A DNA stretch of 64,000 bases from Blepharisma stoltei ATCC 30299 (taxonomy: Eukaryota > Protista > Ciliophora), in contig CBFDEM010000021.1 of NCBI GenBank assembly GCA_965603825.1, positions 372,001 to 436,000 on the forward strand, written 5' to 3'. Position numbers and translations under genes: made by a program. How positions within the stretch are numbered: the first letter of the stretch is position 1; each line of letters begins with the position of its first letter. Below the pieces are notes generated by a model. It was not told the origin of the DNA, searched no databases, and was given only the letters and a program-made list of their open reading frames with translations. Shown one piece after another: positions 41,501-52,828 of the stretch.

Positions 41501-44401
41501 TTCTCCTGTAAAACTAAGAACATATCTATAACAGGTGTTTGGAGAGCTGCAAGCATCATTTTTTACGTAGCATTTGGCATTGACGCTACTTGGAGAAGTA
41601 ATTTTATAGCATGATGTTTCTGATATTGAATAATCAGCTGGGAATACTACTGAAGCAGTCCCTCCAGCTGTAATTCTTTGGGTGGTTTTGAATTGAAAAC
41701 GAATCAAAGCTCTGTTGGAAAGAACATTGCTTGACGTTGGGGTTAGCATTTCAGTGATTGCAGGAGTAGATCCAACTGCACTATCAAATGTCCCAGGAGT
41801 AAAATCAGTTGTAGAAATTATAGCACAATATGCCACCTCAGAGTTGCTAATTTGATAAACTGTAAAGGTCGTTGTTCCTTTGTATAGCCTATTCTTTAAA
41901 CTAATGCATGGGTTGATGGAGTCAGAATTAATGCTGGTTGAAGAAGATGGATTTTCGAAAATAATCACTTTAAAACTATCTGATATATAAAAGTTGTAGT
42001 TCCCAGCAGTAGCCAAGGAACCTGTGCCTCCACAAATAGAAATGCTATTACTGCTCAATTTTTTGAATTCATTAGGGACTATAATGAACAGCTTATCATT
42101 AGTTGCAAGAGAAATTCCTGAAGAAATAGTTAAGGTGTACTGAGTGTTCACGTATTCGGGGGTATCAGTTCCGCTAACAGTAACAGTCCCAGCGCTGGTG
42201 CAAAGGGAACTTTTTTGTTTAAGTGGAGAATCGCCTGCAAGATCTTTATATTCCAATGGCACTCCATCTGTATCTATAGTTTTCACTGTTGCTTTGGGTG
42301 TATAACCAATAAATTTATTATTTTTGATTCAGTAAAACAGAATATTTGTTGATGCATGGCCAGCTGAAATAAGATTCTGTGAGATAAGCTTGACTTTGGC
42401 AGGAATTAAAGGAGTTCCAGCAGTAATTGTGCAACTAGCACCTGTTCCCCAAACTGAAGTGTCGAAGACGCATTGAAATGAAGAGGTCTCAAGCGAATGC
42501 AAGCCTGTTCCAAGAGTGTTTGGAAATCCAAAATTGCTGGTTATGAAGTCTATTTCAACTCCACCTCCGATTGGAATATCAAGTCCATTGCTTATTGATA
42601 TAGATATTGTATTTTGGTAGTCCACAGAGTAATGCATCAAGTCCCAGCTTGCAGAGCCTTTATTGTTCAATGATGCAATATCAGAAGCGCTGCCAAGTTC
42701 TCTGGGAGCTTGCAAGTAGTTATAGTTCATTTCTTCAGTAAGGCTTAGTCCACTCCCGCTGTCAATTGAAACTTCAACTTTTATTGTCTTCTGTCCTCCT
42801 TGGGTGGCTAAAAATCCAAAATGAGTTTCAGTTGGACTTCCTAGTGTGGTTACTGTTATCGCTAGCGGGCAGCAGCCAAACTCCTCAGTTGATGGAGTGG
42901 TCATCGTTATGGTAGGAGGAGACCCAGATGTATATTGGCAGGAAGAAGCTGGAACTTGATTTTTCCCAAATAAGCAAGAGAGTTGGGTGTAGCTTGGAGG
43001 AACTTGAGTATCGCTTGGAAGATGCAATTTGATTTGGCCAGTTTTCCCATTTGCTGTAGCAGGCAATTCAGTTCGGGTTTGGAGGTAAAACTCAAAAGGT
43101 GCATAGATTCCCAATGGAGGTGTAGTCTTAGCCTTGAACATTTCCACGTTTATTTCTGTGGGTGCGCTTATGCTGGAAAGAGTGATCGTACCTGCTTCGT
43201 TATTTTCATCAATTGTATACCCGCTTGATGTTAATGCTGATATCTTGAAATAACTAGAAGTACCTGAGATTTTTGAATTCATTGCCACTGCTTCCAAAAT
43301 GACTAAGCCAGCTTTAAAATCGTCAAATTGAGTTATAATGATCGAATTTCCTGAAGGAGTGCATATCACAGAGTCTAATGGAGTCAGCCCATTTAAAATT
43401 TTACAATATGAAACTGACTGATACTCAGAAGGGAATGAAACTTTTATGCTTCCTCCTGCTGCAATATCCCCATGAGTTTTAAATCCAATATTATAGGTTC
43501 CTTCAACTGACAAGTGTAAGGGCCTTCCACTAATCTGAACACTTGAAATTACTCCAGGGGCTATATATGGGCCAGAAATTTGACTTGAAATTTGCTGAAC
43601 TGTATAAGTCCCTTTTTCCATGATTTCAGCCAAAAAATACCCTGTAGATCCGCTGTGACTTGGATTTAAAACTCCATAAATTCTCAAAGTTATAGTGCTT
43701 GGTAATATTGACAAGCTGCTTGTTTTTATCTTTAATAAGTCAATATTATCCTGGGTGCAGGAAATATATGAGCTGGTCTCTTCAATATAACATTTTAAAT
43801 TTGAGCTAATTGAAAATTCATTTGGTAGTGAAATCCTTATCCATGAGCCAATTTTTGCGTTTGAATCAGGAGTCATTGTAAATTTGAGTAAAGGAGAATA
43901 ATTCGCCATCAAGCTTCCATCAGCTTGCATGTAGCAATTAAGTGAGGTTGGCGAATCAAAAATCCCAATTGAAGGGTAAAGCTCGTTAGAGTCTTGAACT
44001 ATCCCATTGATCAAAGAGTAGATTTTAAAGTATCCTGTACTTTGCGTCGATAATGGATTTTGAATATTTTCGACTCCTAGGGACATTGTTCCAGCTTTTA
44101 AGGAGGAAAATGATCATGTTATACTGCTCGCATCTCTTGTGCAGGGAATTGAAGTTTTAGCTAGCTGAGAGTACATAAAGCCATTGCACGATGCGCTGCT
44201 AAGGGTTGCAAATTCCTGTGGGAAATGAATTGAAATCTGAGATGGCTCTGAAATACGATTTGGAAGAATGAATTGAAATACATAGAGAGAAAGCAGACCT
44301 TGATTAGTTCTATAAACTGTTATTGGTGTATTTGGATCTGGAGTTATTAATGCAGAAAGAGCCAAGCTAATAAGCAATTGAAATGAAAAGACTCTGATCA
44401 T
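20597..44401 (-). CDS. Giant (7,934 aa) secreted or surface-anchored, beta-rich, Ser/Thr-rich repeat protein
   Basis: 27 track ORFs lie in one frame; 26 end in TGA and only the last ends in TAA. I read all the larger gaps and found no TAA/TAG. 23,805 nt = 7,935 codons. Signal peptide MIRVFSFQLLISLALSA; hydrophobic terminal tail AAFELSIVWAAALVFI. Confidence 0.93.
24450..43550 (-). repeat. About 11 degenerate protein-level tandem repeats of about 590 aa (about 1.78 kb) inside the giant CDS
   Basis: [D/N/T/S/A]-LG-x-G...C motif at about 42512, 40742, 38915, 37079, 35357, 33635, (degenerate about 31920), 30158, 28382, 26603 and 24722; other motifs recur in the same register. Boundaries are approximate. 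Confidence 0.8.
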
Positions 44402-45200
44402 TAATTTTAACTTTATATTAAATTTCTGCTAATATAAATAAAAACTTTGAATGAAATCCGCTGTCATAATAATTTCAAAATCAAAGCTTATTTTAGCATT
44501 CAATGTATAATGCTTAGCCTTAAAATTATTTTCTATATTGATATTCTCTCATGCACTCTTGCAGCAGGAAACGACCTTTCTGAAACTTATCTAGACAAAG
44601 ACTGCTCCCAATATTTCTGAAGAGGAAACCATTTAGAAGTAGCTCTATTGTCTATAATGGCACTTTTTATTTATTGCCTTTAGCAATTTATTCCCAACCA
44701 TTATACCAGGAATTCTAAAATTACAGAATATCAAAGCAAGTCCAAAATATCTGATCATCAAAAGTTTCTCCTAAATCTTATTTGCTGTGCTCAAAAAAAC
44801 CCTTTGGTTACTTTCAGTATGAAATCTATGGATTCATATATTCTAGAATAAAAAGTTGGCGGAATAGATGTTTATTGTATAAAGTCTTATAATTTATGAT
44901 AAAACTTCTTTTCACTAATGAAGAAATAAATAATGATGAGTTGGCAAAAATGATCTTAATAATCTTAGAATTTTGTCAGAAAAAATTAAACATATCTCCT
45001 TATATGCTAATTTAAGTATTTATCTAAAAGACTCTGAAAGTTTGTCTAGATTTTTCACTTTGAAAGATGATAAAAAGTATTTCTTATTGAGAACTAAGTT
45101 TTTTGCTAGATGGACGTTGAAATTTGATCAGCTTCATTTATATTTGGTTATTTTTGATGCAAATTTCTTATATTTTCTTAAATAAATATTAAATAGCAAA

Positions 45201-46487
45201 ATGGAAAATAAAATTCTCAAAAAGCTAGAATGACTTACAATTTCCCCAGAAGGCATTCAGCTCCAAATCGACAAATACAGCAAAGCACTTATCCCAAATA
45301 ATCCTACTGAATTAAATAAATCACTGCAGTTTTTTGATAACTTACTATCGAAAAGGAAATTATTTGTTAAACTTATTCCGATCGATTGTATTATTTCTCT
45401 TCCTAAAGAATTACTCCAATATCCAGATACTAGAAATATCTTCTTAAGTTGTCTTGCCAAAATTTCTAACTTAGGAAAAGAAGAATGCCACAGTATTGTA
45501 TTATATTGCTGAAGAGAAAATTTTGAATTATTTATGCTATGCGAAGACTTAAATCTTGTTGATTCTTGTTTACTTGGAATAGGAGGAATAATAAAATACA
45601 ATTTTTATCCAAGTCACTCATATTCTCAATTAATTATAAATTTGATGAATATTTATAATAGAGTGAATATGCAAGGAATTAAAAGATATATATGGCTGCT
45701 TTATCATATAATAAACGATTGCGAATCAATTAGATTTGAAGAAGTGAGAGATTTTATTGGAATCATTATAAATGTACTTGGCGATTATAATAATAATGAT
45801 GCCCTATATTATGCCTTGAATTGCATTTATGTAATTTTCAAAAAATTTCGCTTTCTAGAAATAAGTTCGACTCCTTCAATATCAAGATTTATACTATGTC
45901 AAGATTATGATATTTCGCTTGCATCTGTTAAGATATTTAAAGAAATCATAGATGGAAACTTCCTTGAAATTAATTTATTATTTTCGTCTGGAGTTTTTAG
46001 CAATCTTGCCGCTCTATTACCATTGGCAAAGAATCAAAATTTGAAAAACAAAATCGAACATATCTTATCTTATTTTTTACAGAATGCAAGTATAGATGAA
46101 TTCTTAAAATCAGTTAGTTATTTAGATCCACTTATACAAATTGCAAATATTAGTGATACAAATTTAGGGCTGCGCTCATTGCAAATTCTTTGCTATATTA
46201 CCTACAATTATGAATGATTGATTCCATTGCTAATAAAGCACAATATTATTGATACGTTTATGATTAGGTTTCGATTCGAAGTCTATGAAGTGCTAGAAGA
46301 CATATTAAAAGCATTGCTGAAAATTATGACATATTTAAAACTTAGTGAATCAGATTTTTTCACAGAATTTCATCGCTTACAAAAGATAGGATTCATCTCT
46401 TATAATGAATACTTGATGAAATGCCCGAATTTGCATGTTTCTATTCTTGCTAAAGATTTGGATAAAATCTTATGGTATTCTCATTAA
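45201..46487 (+). CDS. Alpha-solenoid / ARM-repeat-like protein, highly divergent (428 aa)
   Basis: ATG at 45201; open through three TGA(Trp) to TAA at 46485-46487; Leu/Ile-rich amphipathic helices. The fold is an inference. Confidence 0.7.
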
Positions 46488-47368
46488 TTAAATTGATATT
46501 ATTAAGTATAAATTCTGCTTGCTAATAATCAAAAATAAACCTGTTTATATTTGTAGAACTTCGATATTTTCGAAGTCAATATAAAATTTTTGTGCTTATC
46601 TTCTCCATAGGCTAAAACAAATTTGTGTACCATTATATTCAGCATCATTTGCACTTTAAATCACTTCGTGAGCAAATTTGGTTAGGAATTATAATATCTA
46701 TTCTTTACTAATTGATTATACTGATTATAAATCAGTATGCTATTTACTTATGAATAAAAATTTCTAATTTTTCATCTCATTATTTGCTATTTAAATTAGA
46801 TAGGTTAATCAATTATTTATTAAGCGAAAATCATAATTTTAAATTTCAGATATGATTTGCTTTATATAGAAGGTAAGATTTTATTGAAATATATAAAGAT
46901 TAAGGGCATGATGGCTGTAAAAAGCTAAATAACTCATGATTTTACTCTTTGATATAAATGTAATGAATATATAAATTATTGTTCAAAGATTTCAATATCT
47001 ATTTGTCAAAGCATAATAACGTAAAAATAATTAAATATTAAATGAAAAATAAAAAGCAAATTAATTATTCTGTAATAAATTTTTATGATGAGTAAATATC
47101 TAATTACTTAAGCCTCTAAAACAATAGATGCCGCCTTTTTATGAGATGAATCCTAGGCAAATCAAGGTGAAAAACAGTAATTGTTATATGCCTTAAGATT
47201 TGCGACTAGCGAAAATCGGTTTAATCTGTAGGAAATATGAACAGCAGATTAGTATATAGCATGCTAAATTCTTGTGGCCTATTTAATTAAATTTAAATAA
47301 GCATTTCATTCTAATAATGATCATTAAATTAAGACTTCTAGTAGCAACGGTAACAAACAATTAAAAGA

Positions 47369-48496
47369 ATGTTTAAGAGGTCAAATTCATTTACACCTTC
47401 ACGAGGTAATATGCTAAACACTCTCCCAAAGCCTCCCAACCGTACCAGACATAGAAGTAAAATATCTAACTTTTCAAAAGAATCTCAATTGAATATTGAG
47501 CAAGGTAAAATAATAAGCAAAGAGCAAGGGGAAATTGAGTTTGGAATTACTTGTATTAATTGCCAAGAAATAGTCCCTGAAAATCTCATTGAATCTCATT
47601 CAAAATATTGTACAACTATAAGCGAGGAAGTATTTAAAGTTGATGGTAGCACTGAAATCGAACAGTTTGAATTCCGAATCAAAAAAATGATTAATTTTTT
47701 AAAGGACAAGGAATTGCAATCCAATTATAGGCCGACGGAAAAAAATATTATTTCAGTTTTGCAAAAAGTGTGCAAAAATCTTTTGAGTAGTAATAAAACT
47801 GCAAGCAAAGAATTAAACATTGAGGTCAGAAAATATATTGAGGCAATGCTTGAAAAGTTCAAAGCATCGCTGTCCTTGAGAATCTACGCTGAAAGATTAT
47901 TGTTATTATGCAAAGAACAATTAGCAGTACTGTATCGGATTGATCAAAAACCGTCAGAAATAAAAATGAAAGAAGAAATTGAAAATCGAGAGGGAGTTTA
48001 CACAAAGAAAACCGATATTAAAGAAAAATTGATTATTAGAACGAACACAAATAAAATAGTGTCTGATTCTGAAAAAATAGCAAATGTAAATAGTGATATA
48101 TCAAGTAGCCAAACCTTTAATTCTGGATTTTCATCAATAAGTGATATTAAAGAATCTGATTTATGCATGATAGAAAATCTGAATGATCTTGAATCCAATC
48201 TGTCTTCTTTTAATTATTCTCAAGAAGAACTGCAAAAATATTTTTATTCTAAGTGCTTAGAACTAAAGCTAAAATATTCTTCAAAAAAGATGGTGAAACT
48301 AATCCCAGTTGCCAAACTTTATAGTAAAGTAATTGAAAATAACATGCCTGCACAAGAGTGAGCTGAGTTCATTGAAGAAGAACTCAAAAACCCTGAAAAA
48401 TGAGTTGTTAAAGAAAAGAAGCGATGCCAAAAATCCAAGCTTAGAAACGATCAAAAAAGTCAACAATTTGAATCAATTATTGAGGAAGATTTATAG
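47369..48496 (+). CDS. Hypothetical protein with a C2HC-type zinc finger (375 aa)
   Basis: CINCQEIVPENLIESHSKYC; continues past TGA at 48359 and a second TGA to TAG at 48494-48496. Confidence 0.78.
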
Positions 48497-48549
48497 TTAT
48501 GAATGATTATTTAATTAAATTTTTTTGAAAACTTCAATTATTTTTTTAT

Positions 48550-48606
48550 ATATAGTGACTTCAGGTAGATGGCGCGGAATGCGCCATCTACCTGAAATCT
48601 CTATAT
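48550..48606. repeat. GC-rich inverted repeat / hairpin
   Basis: TTCAGGTAGATGGCGC (48560-48575), GGAAT loop, GCGCCATCTACCTGAA (48581-48596): perfect 16-bp stem, extendable to 26 bp with 2 mismatches. Confidence 0.92.
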
Positions 48607-49183
48607 TATTCTTCTTCCTATTTTCAATCTTGCCTGGAGATGCAACTCTAATTTAAGAAAATGTATATCCAATTTTAAATTTAGCTTGATCAATATAAGC
48701 CAACCTATCCCATTCTTTCCACTTACGTCTAATTATTTTCAGATCCAATAAATAATAAAATTACTCCTTTTTACATATAGATTAAGCATTATTTCTAGTA
48801 GACTTATTGATATATCTGATAGTTTGTTTATAATAGCTATTACAACAGTTGGCTAATAACAAAATTATTTGTTTTAATCCATCCAAAATTAGATTTATGG
48901 CCTCAAAAGGAGCTTTCATAATAATAAATAAGCAAATAACCCAAATGACGTATTACTATTCTTAGATTAGCAAGTTCAGTAAACAGAAGAGTTTAATATA
49001 TATCATATAATAAAGAAAAAATAAGTAATTCTATGTGAATTAAAATTATTAAACTTCAAATAATTAATAATTCTTATTTTAATTAGATATTGTCCATCTT
49101 ATGAGTATCTTGGGTATTTGTTAGAAGTTAAAGATAGGAAAAAACACATGCAGTTTTGAGCTAAATTAATTATAATTATAAAT

Positions 49184-49675
49184 ATGGGTAATGAGTTGGG
49201 ATGCGAATGCCTTGTAAAAGATAAACCAGACTTTCAGTATAAAAATCATACAAATAGCCATATAATTATTGATGGACCGGTTAAGATAGTAGATGATTCA
49301 AGACTCTTTGAAGAAGCTCATACCTTAATTGAGTTGAAAACTAAAATGAAGCACTATGTACCTTATGAAATCAAGTGCGTCAAAGACAAAACTATTGATA
49401 TATTTCACAGCTTCGTTAGAGTTATCGGAATGAAACAAACGAAAGACGATATTATCGCAATTGTTGTGGAAATTATTTTCAGTTCTCTTGGAAATTTTTT
49501 GATCTGCATTTCTGATTATGATGAAAGTATCAGAGATTACAAGCTCGGAGGCGTTCTCGAACTGTCATATGTTTTTCCTCAAAACACTGTAATCTTTATG
49601 CATAGGTTTTTCAAAGAAACTTCAAAGATTTTTTTGAATGGCTTGACGCGTATAAATCTCGACAAATTCAGATAG
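49184..49675 (+). CDS. Hypothetical protein with a probable N-terminal myristoylation/palmitoylation motif (163 aa)
   Basis: Clean ORF starting MGNELGCEC in an AT-rich start context; ends TAG. Confidence 0.7.
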   Translation: MGNELGCECLVKDKPDFQYKNHTNSHIIIDGPVKIVDDSRLFEEAHTLIELKTKMKHYVPYEIKCVKDKTIDIFHSFVRVIGMKQTKDDIIAIVVEIIFSSLGNFLICISDYDESIRDYKLGGVLELSYVFPQNTVIFMHRFFKETSKIFLNGLTRINLDKFR

Positions 49676-49799
49676 ACTTTGATGAAACCTTTAATATGGG
49701 GAAAATTGTCTATGGAATTTTCAAATCAATGGGAAATAGAGAGGGGAATGACGAATTTTAAATTAAATAAAACTGTATGTAAAGGAGCATAAACTATTA

Positions 49800-51272
49800 T
49801 TATGTTTCTGCAAGAACACTCTTGGAAAGCGATTCTCTGAGGTCTCGGTGTTTTACTGTTCGAGTTTCTTTTAAAAATAGCGCACATAATGCTGAAATTG
49901 CGAAGCATGCCGCAAATGTTTGTAATGCAAGATCTTCTCCATCTGGCAAGTCCAATATATATCCTGTACAAAATGGAGACAAGGCACCACCAAGTCTTCC
50001 CCATGCAATGCACCAGCCACTTGCTATGCTTCTGGTTTCTGATTCATATGACTCCGATAACATTGTGTACATAGCTCCGTAACTAAGGAGGCAAAACAAG
50101 TTCATAAATATCACAAAAAAGGTCTAAATAACTCTTACTTCGACTAATCCAGTCGTCCAATAAAACATAAATGAAAGGAAAGCTGCTATAATCATGGCAA
50201 TGACAAAAGTAAATTTTCTACCTAAGCATGTTTGAACCAAAAATCCTCCTATCAGGTTTCCTGGAATTGCGCATGCTGCTTGAATTAGAATAATTGTTGA
50301 CGCTATAACACTTGGAAAATTTGATAGGAGAACAGGAAGGAAAGTTATCAGGCTTATATAGCCCCAAGTCAGAAAGAAATTTATCAAAGTCAACAGAATA
50401 GTTGGCCTTCTATAATTTTTGCTAAAAGCATAAGCAAGAGACTTCTTGTTTACGGGCTTTTTTACTAAAACTTCTTTAACGCCTTCTTTATCCCCACCTT
50501 TGTGCTCTTCTTCAACCTTTGGCTCGCTGCGTTCAATGATTGATTGCCTGTGTTCTTGATAGACTGCTTCTTTTCCGTTTTTAATTGCGATTTTTCTCAT
50601 AATTTCATCAGCTTCCTCGTATTTTCCAACACTTGCCAAATAATACGGAGACTCCAATAAAAATTGTCTTCAGAGGGAAAGAAAGATTTCAAGTGCAAGC
50701 ATCAGAGCAACTAAGATTCTCCAATCGTTGTCTAAATAATCCACTAGATCTACAACTATTAAATTTGCCAGTGACATAAACGTTCCGCCCATAGGCATGA
50801 ACATTGACAGAATGGAAAGCACCCATCTGCTTTTGGGTGGACAAAACTCTGTAAAGTAAGTTCCAGATAGCGCCAACTCTCCTCCAATTCCAAAGCCAAC
50901 AAATAGGAGAACTATCAGCATAAATATATAGTTGAATGAGAATGCCAGCACGAGGCAAAAAGCCATTCCAAAAATCACGCACCTTCTATATGCATAATAT
51001 CTTCCTCTACGATTTGCAAGAGATCCCCAAAAGAGAGAGCCAAAAAGCATTCCAAGCTGAAGAGAGCTACTCCACATTCCTCTCAGTAAGTGGCTGATGT
51101 CTCAGACTGTCCCAGCATCATTAAAAATAAATCCTTGCGCTCGCATTCAGGTTTGGTAGCTGAACCACGCCTATGTCAAAATTACCAAGCCGCATTGGAA
51201 AAAGACGATTTTCTGGTATTTGCCAAAGCCCATGGTATCTAGGGCTGCACTTATAGCAGCTTCATTTTTCAT
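49800..51272 (-). CDS. Major facilitator superfamily transporter, SV2/SVOP-like (about 480 aa, 2 introns)
   Basis: LDTMGFGKYQ, WGSLANRRGR, GFGIGGE, EFCPPKSRW, LESPYYL, SESYESETRS, GRLGGALSP, LKET; introns at 51171-51185 and 50124-50138. Confidence 0.92.
50124..50138 (-). other. 15-nt intron
   Basis: GTAAGAGTTATTTAG; removes an in-frame TAG between MFS helices. Confidence 0.88.
51171..51185 (-). other. 15-nt intron
   Basis: GTAATTTTGACATAG; removes an in-frame TAG. Confidence 0.88.
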
Positions 51273-51757
51273 TACTGGTAATTTACTAGTACTCAATAGC
51301 TTAATTTAGATTGAAAGTTAAGATAGAATCTGTTGGAATTTTTTATAACAAATTATATTTGTTAGCCTTGCTAATTTAAGTCATTCATCTTTTAACTCAT
51401 TTGATGAATCGATGCTAATATGGTGAATTTTAGCTATTTATTGCAATCTTGATACTAGAAAGTAACAGAAATAAATAAAATAAATATTTGCTAAAATTGA
51501 GGTCTAAGCAAATTTAATAGTGTTCCTTTGCAGACTTCCTAACATTTGCTATAAAAGCTAATTGTTAATACTCATCTGGCAAATTAAAACTAAGAAAAAA
51601 AAATTTAACATCAGCTTTATTAAGTTATTGAATTGTCATATTGCTTATTCTTATGTGAGCATCAATTTGATTAAAATATTAATTAAAATTTAAAAAGACA
51701 AGAAAGATTAAACAGCACTTTATTTATCATATTACTAAAAATGATAAGAATAAAAAT

Positions 51758-52630
51758 ATGTTCCTGACATTGTTGATATTTTCCCTATCGAACGCTCTTG
51801 ATTTTGGCATTGAAGAAATAAAATTAGGAACAATCAACGACTACACTCTCAAAACGGGATCTCACGCCTTCAAAGCTAGAGCCAACTTTCATAGGCTAAA
51901 AATTACTGCAATGCCAAATGGAGAGGGATTCGACCAAATAAGGTGGACAGATAAATTATCAACATCCCTTGACGAAACAACATTTCTAAAATGCCCAAAG
52001 GACTCTGCAATTTGCGGAGATGCAATAGACCCAAGCACAAATGTTCAGATAACCATTGGAGCATGCGTGGATGAAATTTACATCTATGTTAAGGTTTCTA
52101 AGGAATCTACTCTTTCTTTCTCTGGCAGCTACTATCAAGGAGATTGCGATCCAATTGAAGAAAACCTCTATACAAAGTGTGGAGCCATGACTTATGCTCA
52201 GTGTGATGTATGTGGTGACGAATGCAGGCTAGCATTTTGCAAAAAGAGATCCCGCGACGGCAAAGATCCAGAAGTAAAGACATCACTATGCTTGCCTTAT
52301 AATGTGACAGCAGAAGAACTCACTGACAGGTGTGATGATTATATGAATGTTGATTATGGAGAATGGAAAGATTCCTGCAATAAATCACTTGAAATCGGGA
52401 ATATTGGTGCGCTCACAATCATTATGCTCGTGCTAATGACTATTGCCTTTTTTGGCTTCATCGGCATTGTTACATGGTATAACTTTAAACTGAGGACAAC
52501 TGGAAAACCTCCGATTAAATGCTTCAAATTCTGCCCCGAGATTCTTTTCCCTCATCCAAGACAGGCGCAGCCAGCTCAGCCTTTAAGAGGATACCAGCCT
52601 CCAGATATTGAAATACCTGATAGAAGATAA
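51758..52630 (+). CDS. Type I membrane protein with a Cys-rich ectodomain (290 aa)
   Basis: Signal peptide, many Cys, TM helix IGALTIIMLVLMTIAFFGFIGIVTWY, Pro-rich cytosolic tail. Confidence 0.82.
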   Translation: MFLTLLIFSLSNALDFGIEEIKLGTINDYTLKTGSHAFKARANFHRLKITAMPNGEGFDQIRWTDKLSTSLDETTFLKCPKDSAICGDAIDPSTNVQITIGACVDEIYIYVKVSKESTLSFSGSYYQGDCDPIEENLYTKCGAMTYAQCDVCGDECRLAFCKKRSRDGKDPEVKTSLCLPYNVTAEELTDRCDDYMNVDYGEWKDSCNKSLEIGNIGALTIIMLVLMTIAFFGFIGIVTWYNFKLRTTGKPPIKCFKFCPEILFPHPRQAQPAQPLRGYQPPDIEIPDRR

Positions 52631-52828
52631 TCGATTAGTTTAATTATTAGTAAATTGGTATTTTGCACTAGCAGATAAATAATTTGAAATCTTATCTTTC
52701 TCTTACTGATAATGCATTTTTCGATCGCGCCTTTAATAAAAAGCAGCCTTATTCATATTTCAAGCTTCTGGCATTAAAATATTAAGCTTCTATTTTCGAA
52801 AATCTCGATATAGTTATAAATTAGCTAA

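Noticed and set aside
20597-44401. Cluster of many small genes, or a decayed pseudogene
   Set aside because: All fragments share one frame with only TGA interruptions over 23.8 kb, with no frameshifts and no TAA/TAG. Decay would not produce this.
44510-45185. Short ORF upstream of the giant gene (about 57 aa from 44510) and track ORF 44973..45185
   Set aside because: Short, with no motifs; consistent with chance in AT-rich intergenic DNA.
48555-48600. SECIS element (GUGA...UGA words present)
   Set aside because: The stem pairs in a perfect Watson-Crick register that is incompatible with the tandem G.A quartet geometry, and the upstream TGAs sit in Trp-like contexts.
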